Part shown: piece after piece, positions 1-7,871 of the stretch
Layout: each line of letters opens with the position of its first letter
Position numbering within the stretch: position 1 is the first letter of the stretch
The notes under the pieces: generated by a model
Database searches by the model: none
What the model was told of the DNA's origin: nothing
What the model saw: the letters and a program-made list of their open reading frames with translations, nothing else
Program-made: the position numbers and the translations under genes
Source of the DNA: Halocafeteria seosinensis
Taxonomy: Eukaryota
DNA: 38,791 nt
Reading direction: 5' to 3'
Assembly: GCA_001687465.1 (NCBI GenBank)
Contig: LVLI01000285.1
Coordinates: 1-38,791, forward strand

Positions 1-120
1 CTGGCTCTCGTTCCCCCTTCCCCATTGGTGTCTTCCCAACGTTCCATTCCGTCTCGTCCTTACTCACCCGTCTTGACACAGCCGCTTGACTCGCTAGCAG
101 TTCATTGCTTAATAGGATTG

Positions 121-1201
121 GGAGGATATTGTTGTAATGTGGTCAGATATCCGTGAAAGTGATGGAGGATACACTTTGCAGCTTGATGGTTGGAGTGACA
201 AAAAACGAAGAAGCTTAAATGGATACAACATCGGCAAGATAGGTGAACATCCCGCGTTTTAAATGTCGTCGATATTTCGAAGGAGTACCACAGCTCCGAA
301 AGCTTGTCAATGTGACTTCCAATGTCATGCAGAAATGGATGGAAAACATGAGCAAAGTGGTGGCATTATGACGCCCTTACATACTGGGAACAAATTGATG
401 AAAGAACCGGCGGTCCTCTACGCGCACTTGCTCTCAAACTCTTCAAAATAAAGCCGACTAGCGTCGAAGTTGAGCGGCTGCTCAGCCACCTCGGCGCGAT
501 ACACACAGACTCACAAAGCAGTCTAAAACTTGAAAAACTGAAAATGCTTGCTCAAAGTAAGTTCTTCTATGTGGCTGAAGATGCGAAGAAGACAGTGACC
601 AATCTATCTTGGCTGTATACGGTAATCAATCGAAGTTCAAGTCCTCCAATTTATCAGCCGAGACAGAGTCACCGTCATGTAGCAATGAATCATCGGCGGC
701 ATCTTCGGATTCCTCTTCTAAGAGCCAGTCGGCTTCGGCAACGTCACCTTCTTTGAACAGCAGCGGGCCCGACAATGAAGAGGCGTTCACTTCCTCCGAC
801 TAAGCGGGTGCCGACCAAGCTATTTTACAAACGGAAACGGGTATAGAGATAAACGTTGCGCTCATTCTTGAAGGGATGACTAAGCGTGCTAAATTTACAC
901 CGGAAGATGTTGTTGACCTAGCCCATCCTCTGGTTATTGGGATTAGCTCCAAAGAGGCAGCGGAGCAGGAAGAAGGAAGGAAGACTACAGGACGAGTACG
1001 ATTGGACTGTCGAGGCGCTTCTAGCTAAAAATTCGAAACAAAAATAGACCAACAATACAAAGTACCGGCGAAAACGCGCCGCATTACATACTTTGAGAAC
1101 ATTTTGAAATTTTGGCATGCCACGTTGGCATGCCAAGTGTTTTGGGCGGGCGTGGCACTGCCAGGGTGGCACGGGGAAAAAAAGTTGTGCCCCACGCCCT
1201 A
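121..1201 (+). mobile_element. Decayed hAT-superfamily DNA transposon (transposase pseudogene plus right terminus)
   Basis: Manual translation gives GYTLQLDGWSDKKRRSL (hAT DGW catalytic-D motif, ~167-220), LNVVDISKEYHSSE, and IKPTSVEVERLLSHLGAIHTDSQSSLKLEKLKML (hAT C-terminal dimerisation motif, ~448-550), broken by frameshifts and deletions. The right end ...CCCACGCCCTA at 1201 (reverse complement TAGGGCGTGG) fits the hAT (T/C)A(A/G)NG terminus. The left terminus was not found. Confidence 0.8.
1112..1201. repeat. Subterminal repeats and probable terminal inverted repeat of the hAT element
   Basis: TTGGCATGCCA at 1112 and 1125, GTGGCAC at 1152 and 1166; about seven TGGCA/TGCCA motifs in 60 bp next to the GCCCTA end. 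Confidence 0.65.
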
Positions 1202-1356
1202 GTTGAAGTGGAACTCACCAACACGATACATTGAGTGTTTTCGTTGCCTATTGTCCGGACTCTTTCGGTGGAAGTATCTGTTTGACAGTGTTATGAGATG
1301 CTGGATCTCATTTGCTGATTGCTAGGCCGAGCCTGCACACATCGGCTTCCCTGGGG

Positions 1357-4300
1357 ATGCAAAGAGTCATTTCTTGCTACGGGAACGCTGGAGTCTACTA
1401 CAATGACTCGAAATTGGAGCATGTATTTGATGATAATGCTCACTTGATAGAGGTAAACACTGTCACGCAATATCAATCGGAACAGCTTGATGGTGATACT
1501 TTGCCAGAGCTACGCCGCTTCGAGTTTTGGATAAGAGCTAGCCAACAATGCAGCGGAGGATACGAACCTCAGCTGGTGTTGAGTTGCCGACGGAGGCCTG
1601 AGCAAACAGCTTATCAGCAATCACGGCTCTTGGGTAGTAAAGTCTCCCCTTTATGTACAGAAGTTGGCGTATCGACGTTTGGAGGCCCAACGAGGCGACA
1701 TAGAGAGTGGGCAAACCAATGCTTCACAGAAGACACTGGCGACCAAGTCGTAGATCACTCCCCTCAAGCCGGTCCTGCTGTTCGGTCTTGTTGGTTGGGA
1801 CTTTCGAAGTCTATAGAGCCGTTCAAAGTTGTTCGCTACGGCGTGGAGTTTGCTAACCCTCTTAAGGATGAACCGGTAACGGTGCAGTGGTACCTTGAAG
1901 GGAGCGATGCCTGCCAGGATCAACGATGTAACCCGTTTCCTGGTTCTTGGCAAGAAGACCTGCGGGTTTGGCAGAGTCTCGATGAAAGGAACCTAAAAAC
2001 AGATAAGGTTGCCAACCAATGCCTATGGTTTGATTTGCCGTCGGCCACCGCTGGCAGGTATCGAAGCTACCGGTTGCACATATACTGCGCTAACGATCCA
2101 GTTGAGTGTGTAAACGTAAGTAAGATCTACTTCATGAAAGAAGACGTAAACACCTCCGACATCGTATCTCCTCAACTAGCGGGATGGATGCTCGCCGCGC
2201 GGTCTACCGGTTGTGCTGACCTTTCGAACTTCGAAGTGCCCGTGCGCTCGTATCAGCTTACGCTTCAGACTGAAGAACGAAAGTCTCTACTAGCAACAGA
2301 AGCAATCCTGCACTACGGAAGATGGCATCAAGTGACTCTTGACTTGTTCCACCGGCACAACAAGGAGGAAGTCGAGCTAGCCGTAGACGGCTATTCTCAT
2401 AAGGGCCGTGCCGAGGCTTTATATTTGGCTTCTCCTACACATCATACGAGTTTGTTCAAGTTCGGTATCGGCTGGCATTGCTTCGCTATGGCGTTCGGCA
2501 CTGCGGAGAACACTTGTATGCTCCCGGAAGCATCCTTCTTAAGGCTAATGCTTCACCGGAGATCACCCTTTGGTGCCGAATGGAGACCCTTTGTCGGTGA
2601 TCTTTCTGCGATATCTGAAACCCATATGAACCAACGTGATGCAGATAGGCAATGGACGTTGCTTCATAGAGTGGAACCGCCTCACAGCGATAAATACAAT
2701 TTGGCGTCTCTTCCACCACTTCTGCAGCAGCCCTTCTTGAGTTTTGATAGTGTCAAGGAGTACATGCAGCGATTTTTGCCTTTGCTACACAGCTTACCTC
2801 GTGTCGATGATCCTCGTCAGCGTAGCTCATTTAGTAAGCACATCAGAGCAGCATTAGTGCACGATTGTGGTTTGACGAATTACAAAGAAGACGCAGTCGA
2901 CGCGACTTGCCTTGATCGTGATGAAGAGTCGGATAGCTTATGTCGCGCTCGGATAGCGGAAGGTAATCTTTACATCGGGCGTAATTCGCGTCTAGAAGGC
3001 CTGCAGTCAGCAGGGGTGAATCCGAAGGGCACCACAGGTCACTGCTTTAGGGTGGAACATTGGAGCCACTTCGATTGCTTCATTTACTTCTCTCACCAAC
3101 GGATATCGATGCCCCCGGCATCCTGGGTCAAGGCCGCAAAAGTGCAGAGGGGAAGTGCCATGCGAGTTCTGGGAACAATTATCACGGAGCACAAAGAAGG
3201 TGAGGCGGATACTTGGAAAATCTTGGATGGATTTTGGCCCACTCAGACTGGCTTGACCAGTAAATTCGAAGGACATCAGATTATTCGCTATTTGGCTCAA
3301 TTGGCGAGAATACGAGGATTTGATGGATGGCTTGTCAACCTAGAAGCGGATTTGCCTGCTTGCTCTAGTAACACAGAGGCGGCTGTAACAGCGTGTCACA
3401 ATATGCTTAGAGCTCTTACTCTTGAAGTAAAGCAGTGGGTGGGTGAAGATACGGGCACCGTTTTATGGTACGACAGCATCAGTAAAGAAGGTATTGTCGA
3501 TTGGCAATGCTGCCTAAACGACAATAATGCTACATTTGCGGAAGCTTGCGACGGGATTTTCTGCGACTATCATTGGAAAAATACTGGCTGTACATCCCCA
3601 GCAGAATCTTTGAGGCGACTAACTAAACGGAAGGCTAGGTGCAATGTGTTGTATGGAACTGATGTCTGGGGGCGGGGAACGTTTGGAGGAGGTAGGGAGC
3701 TCTGTAAACTCGGAATGTTACCTCCATTAAGCAATGGACTGTCTGTGGCCTTGTTTTCTCCTGCTTGGGCTTATGAAAACGATGATATCGATTGTTGCGG
3801 AGCTCTTGGAACAATGGAGTGGGAGTGGTCACAAAATATGCTGTGGCACGGCCATGGTGCTTCTGATACGAAGTGGAATGTAACGTATTCAACTGACGGC
3901 TGGTGCATCGACTCGCCGGATCTGCGCTGGCTTCGTTTCCCCCTCGCTGAGGATTTCCAAGGAATCGTTGACGTTGTATGGTTTACACCACCATCGACGG
4001 CTCTCGCAGACTACGAAGCCCTTGTGTTTTCGGAGAAAGTTAACTCAAATGCGACAGTAGGTTATCACTTGTTCTTTTTCCAATCTAAGCAGTCGCTAGA
4101 AGATGAGCTTCTTCCCTTGCCAGTTAATGATGATGACACTATGTGGCCTGAATCCCCTTCGACGCTTATAGCAAGCTCCTCTCCGAACTCTTCTGTAGCT
4201 CGTCTGTGTGTCACACCGGAACAATTGTCGACGCTGTCTCGGTCTGAACGTGGCGTCGCTATTGTGAGGGTAACACATCGCAACGCAACCTTGGATGCTG

Positions 4301-5625
4301 AACAAGCTAATTTCAAGCTGGTTGCTAAAGAGAGGGATGCGTTAGTGCACAGCATGCTGCCGTACCTGAACAGAGAAAAGGCAGGGCCATCATTGCCGTT
4401 CTCTTCCATTTGCTCGCTACCGTTCTTCACCTGCTTCTGCGTAGGTTGTGGATTTCAGCTTTGGAGGTATGGAGTTGCAGCATCTGATACAATGATAAGC
4501 CGCCGAGACGGTTGGGTCCTCACAGAAACACAGAGATCTCGCGAGACTAAGGGATGGATAAACCTTGGGGTTACGGAACCGTTACCATCCTTTTTTCGGA
4601 ACGAATCGAGTGTCGTTCGGAGTCAAGGAGAAAACAACAGTAGCTATGGTTGTGCGACGCACTGTGTAGGCTGGGAGCTAGGAAACTCTTGGAGAGTAAC
4701 CTTAAAATGTTACGAGAGAGATAGTAGTGTGACTTGTCGTCTTTTTGTTGGATGTATACCCTTTGCTACTCTTCAGAAATACGTTTCCTTGTCTCTGGTG
4801 TATCAATCGGCGCACGGTGAAGACCGGACAGAGAGTTGCAGTATCGTGCCTAGAATGTACGTCCCACAGCTAAGTAAAACGTTATTCCCTGTTAGTCGAT
4901 CGCAAAGTGTTCCCTTCATGAATGATTCATGGGAAGGTAGAGTATGGGTATTTGACTTCCACGAAGAGCTTGGTTCTAGAGAGTGCGCCGACGCAAGTTT
5001 GGTTGTGGAGATCGATTTGGTTAGTTCGAATAGCACCCAAGATTTGATCATTGGGGAAGTAGGCATGTCTTCCGTGGAGAAACAACAACCGGCAGATATT
5101 AGAGACTGGACAGAAGGCTTTAGAATGCCATCTATAGACAACACTTTTTCCGACGTGATTGCAGTTCTGTACAGAGACGTGCCGAGCTCTGCTTGCCCCG
5201 ATTGCTATTCCTTAGTTTCCCGTACCGATGTCACAACGGTCAGGGACTGTACATTGGTAGGTGTGGACATTTCAACCCTACTTGTCATAGTCCACTTCGC
5301 ACAAGCTGAGGAGATTCTACCAGCATGTCACTGGGGGATCACTCTGTATTGGTACTGGACGTACCGTGAGAACCTTCGTGGCTGGGACATATACTGTGAA
5401 GGGAAGTGGATATCATTTGTTTCGAGCAATCCGACTGTAGATCCTGAACTAGCAGTGGTTTCCAAATCTGATGGAAGTCTTAGGTCTCCTTACTATTTAT
5501 CATGGTTTCCTGCGGAAGAAGATAGGATTTTTCTGCGCCACAAAGACAAACTGGAGTTCCATTTGATACCACGCTATAGTGTGGCGTCGTTGCTGTCGAC
5601 CACTTTTCCCACCGAACCAAGGTAA
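1357..5625 (+). CDS. ENGASE: Endo-beta-N-acetylglucosaminidase (GH85, ENGase) with long N-terminal extension
   Basis: Single ~1420-aa ORF; first in-frame ATG at 1357, frame closed upstream by TGA at 1294. GH85 motifs: HWSHFDCFIYFSHQRISMPP, VLGTIITE, GFDGWLVNLE (catalytic N-x-E), VLWYDS, ACDGIFCDYHW, YGTDVWGRGTFGGG, SVALFSPAWAYE. Start codon uncertain. Confidence 0.9.
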   Translation: MQRVISCYGNAGVYYNDSKLEHVFDDNAHLIEVNTVTQYQSEQLDGDTLPELRRFEFWIRASQQCSGGYEPQLVLSCRRRPEQTAYQQSRLLGSKVSPLCTEVGVSTFGGPTRRHREWANQCFTEDTGDQVVDHSPQAGPAVRSCWLGLSKSIEPFKVVRYGVEFANPLKDEPVTVQWYLEGSDACQDQRCNPFPGSWQEDLRVWQSLDERNLKTDKVANQCLWFDLPSATAGRYRSYRLHIYCANDPVECVNVSKIYFMKEDVNTSDIVSPQLAGWMLAARSTGCADLSNFEVPVRSYQLTLQTEERKSLLATEAILHYGRWHQVTLDLFHRHNKEEVELAVDGYSHKGRAEALYLASPTHHTSLFKFGIGWHCFAMAFGTAENTCMLPEASFLRLMLHRRSPFGAEWRPFVGDLSAISETHMNQRDADRQWTLLHRVEPPHSDKYNLASLPPLLQQPFLSFDSVKEYMQRFLPLLHSLPRVDDPRQRSSFSKHIRAALVHDCGLTNYKEDAVDATCLDRDEESDSLCRARIAEGNLYIGRNSRLEGLQSAGVNPKGTTGHCFRVEHWSHFDCFIYFSHQRISMPPASWVKAAKVQRGSAMRVLGTIITEHKEGEADTWKILDGFWPTQTGLTSKFEGHQIIRYLAQLARIRGFDGWLVNLEADLPACSSNTEAAVTACHNMLRALTLEVKQWVGEDTGTVLWYDSISKEGIVDWQCCLNDNNATFAEACDGIFCDYHWKNTGCTSPAESLRRLTKRKARCNVLYGTDVWGRGTFGGGRELCKLGMLPPLSNGLSVALFSPAWAYENDDIDCCGALGTMEWEWSQNMLWHGHGASDTKWNVTYSTDGWCIDSPDLRWLRFPLAEDFQGIVDVVWFTPPSTALADYEALVFSEKVNSNATVGYHLFFFQSKQSLEDELLPLPVNDDDTMWPESPSTLIASSSPNSSVARLCVTPEQLSTLSRSERGVAIVRVTHRNATLDAEQANFKLVAKERDALVHSMLPYLNREKAGPSLPFSSICSLPFFTCFCVGCGFQLWRYGVAASDTMISRRDGWVLTETQRSRETKGWINLGVTEPLPSFFRNESSVVRSQGENNSSYGCATHCVGWELGNSWRVTLKCYERDSSVTCRLFVGCIPFATLQKYVSLSLVYQSAHGEDRTESCSIVPRMYVPQLSKTLFPVSRSQSVPFMNDSWEGRVWVFDFHEELGSRECADASLVVEIDLVSSNSTQDLIIGEVGMSSVEKQQPADIRDWTEGFRMPSIDNTFSDVIAVLYRDVPSSACPDCYSLVSRTDVTTVRDCTLVGVDISTLLVIVHFAQAEEILPACHWGITLYWYWTYRENLRGWDIYCEGKWISFVSSNPTVDPELAVVSKSDGSLRSPYYLSWFPAEEDRIFLRHKDKLEFHLIPRYSVASLLSTTFPTEPR

Positions 5626-6108
5626 TCCGCCTTGTCGCTTTGGAATGAGTCACGCACATTAGTTTATTCATCAACGAGTTACCACTGCAACTGGTGGCAC
5701 AAGAAATTCTCCTTGGCGAGAAGTACCGGGGTAGTTAGTTCGCTGCTACTGTATATGCAGTGCTATACATCTCTGTTTTAGTCGGAATACCAACACATCC
5801 TACCACATAGAGTATCAAGCTCACTCAGGAATTCTCCACATGAGATTCGTGAGACACCCACAACTCCGGCTCACTTGACGCAAGTTGACGAAATTCGGAG
5901 TTGGAGCCTGCAACCTTTTTTGCCGCCTGTTGCCATCCCCTTGAAGAACATCTGTTCCATGGAAAAGAAGGCGGTTCGCCAACGTAGATAGATGAAGTAT
6001 GTAAGGATTGTTAGCTTGACTACCAATCGAGTATAAAACTAACCAAGTACAGATACCAATTGTGCACAAGTTCAGCTTTTTTGTCTATTTCTGTTAGATA
6101 CTGAGAAG

Positions 6109-6779
6109 ATGGGCGTCAAACCAGTCAACAGTCTTGATGAACTCAACCAAGAGCTTAGCTCTGCTGGAGATAAATTAGTTGTCGTAGACTTCTTCGCAAC
6201 GTGTAAGTCTTGCGTATTTCAATACAGGGAGGATATCCTGTAGCAAAGGGCTCCACGCATACGTGTTGGGGAGTGTTAAAGGGCCAAGAACATGGAGCTG
6301 TCAGCCTTCGATTTGGAACATTTTGTGGCCGGAACTACTTTTCTGCCGAAGGCAACAAGGCGCATGCGTGCATTTTGTTTTGCTTTTTCCGTAGGAAAAA
6401 GGGAGTGGGCTAGTTCAAGTCGAGAGTTCATCCCCTGCGGCGTGGCCTGAAGATACCCTTCAACTCGCGTTCTCTGCCTTACAGGGTGTGGACCTTGCAA
6501 AATGATGGCACCGAAGCTCGAAAAGATGACTGAGGAATTTCCCGACGTTGTCTTCTTGAAGGCAGATGCTGATGAAGCTGATGTACGTAGTTGTTAACTC
6601 AACTTTTTCAATGATGGCCTGTTACCTCTACTGGTTTCTTGGGGCAGGATGCCGCTGAGCACTACGAAGTTAGCGCACTACCCACCTTCATGCTCTTCAA
6701 GAACAAGGAAAGAGTTGGTCAACCTATCATGGGGGCAAAAGAAGATGAACTTCGTAACAAGATCAAAGAAACCAAGTAA
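6109..6779 (+). CDS. TXN: Thioredoxin (3 exons: 6109-6202, 6485-6582, 6648-6779)
   Basis: Missed by the ORF track. The spliced product is [87 protein letters not shown]...KETK*. The WCGPC active site is split by intron 1; all junctions are GT-AG. Confidence 0.95.
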
Positions 6780-7613
6780 ACGGTTTGTTGGATTGCCTCT
6801 GGGACGAAGTTCGTGGTGTGTTAGTGAGCATCAGCTGATGAGCCGCACTATCAATTTTCTATGGTAACTGAAGAATCACACAACACCCACTAGAAGACTT
6901 TGTAGTGACATTAATCCATTGTTACATTCCTTGAGTCGCTCTGTGGATCACTGCCCCCTGGATCGCAACTCACACCATCACAGCTTGTACTCTAGAGCTC
7001 GCCGCAAAATTCTACGTAACGTTTCTGGAATGCGTTATTGGAATCTCTTTCTCTTCAGCGCGATGGTTTCAGTCTCAAGTAACACATAGTGGGTGCGGTT
7101 GTGGGTGACGCTGGTCAATCGATCAGTCAGATTTGAAACGAGGATGTGATACCAGGGAGGTGCAACGTCACTCGACTGTGGTTGATGATCCACCCTAGAC
7201 TATCAAGGTTTTACTTCCCAAGTGCTATACCAACTAATAGTTGATTTGTGTAGTCTGTGAAGCTAGGTGGGCGCGAGCAAAGTACCCAGCTGGGCCAGCA
7301 CCCACAAGAGAGCAGGGGTGAGTGAACCTTATTGCGTCCAGCGAACCCTCGAACAGGGGACAACGAAAATGCATGAAAAGCGATTTCGCGTGCATCATTT
7401 ACCTACCGTAATTGTTTTCACAGGAATCTCGGGGAATACCTTGTACGGGAAGAATGTGTTTGATACCACAGCAGTGATCATCGTCAAAACCTCACCAGTT
7501 ATCATCATGGGGAGTAGTCTACGGTGTTATGTAGGGTACAACACAAACGCTTTTACAAATGGTTACAGATTACGGTAATCTGATTACCCCATGGTGCAAC
7601 AGCTACAACAGAA

Positions 7614-7845
7614 TTCAAACACGCGCCCGAATTTCAAATTTTCAAAACACAATTCAAATGCACCTTGAAGGCCACGGACAAAGGCTTTAAAAAGCACACA
7701 GTCAACACAACATGAGGAATGTTGATAGCAGTACATTTCAGAACATTCATATAATACAGAGGGACATTTTTCTATCCTGTAGCTTGATTCATTGTGTTGT
7801 TGTAAGCATCATTGTATTTCAAATCTCCTTGCTCTTTTTTTCAAA
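7614..7845. promoter_or_regulatory. Cluster of CHR-like (TTTGAA on minus strand) and E2F/CDE-like motifs upstream of POLA1
   Basis: TTCAAA at 7614, 7633, 7641, 7653, 7818 and 7840, TTTAAA at 7686, and CGCGCCCGAA at 7622-7631. Function is inferred only. Confidence 0.45.
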
Positions 7846-7871
7846 ACAAGGGAGTTTAACGAGCGTATACA

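Noticed and set aside
6398..6470. TPP riboswitch-like sequence (AAGGGAGTG...CCTGAAGATACCCTTCAAC) in the thioredoxin intron
   Set aside because: It resembles only the P2/P3 half. The junction is UGAAGA rather than UGAGA, the P4/P5 arm (CUGAU...UAAUGC) is absent, and thioredoxin is not a thiamine gene.
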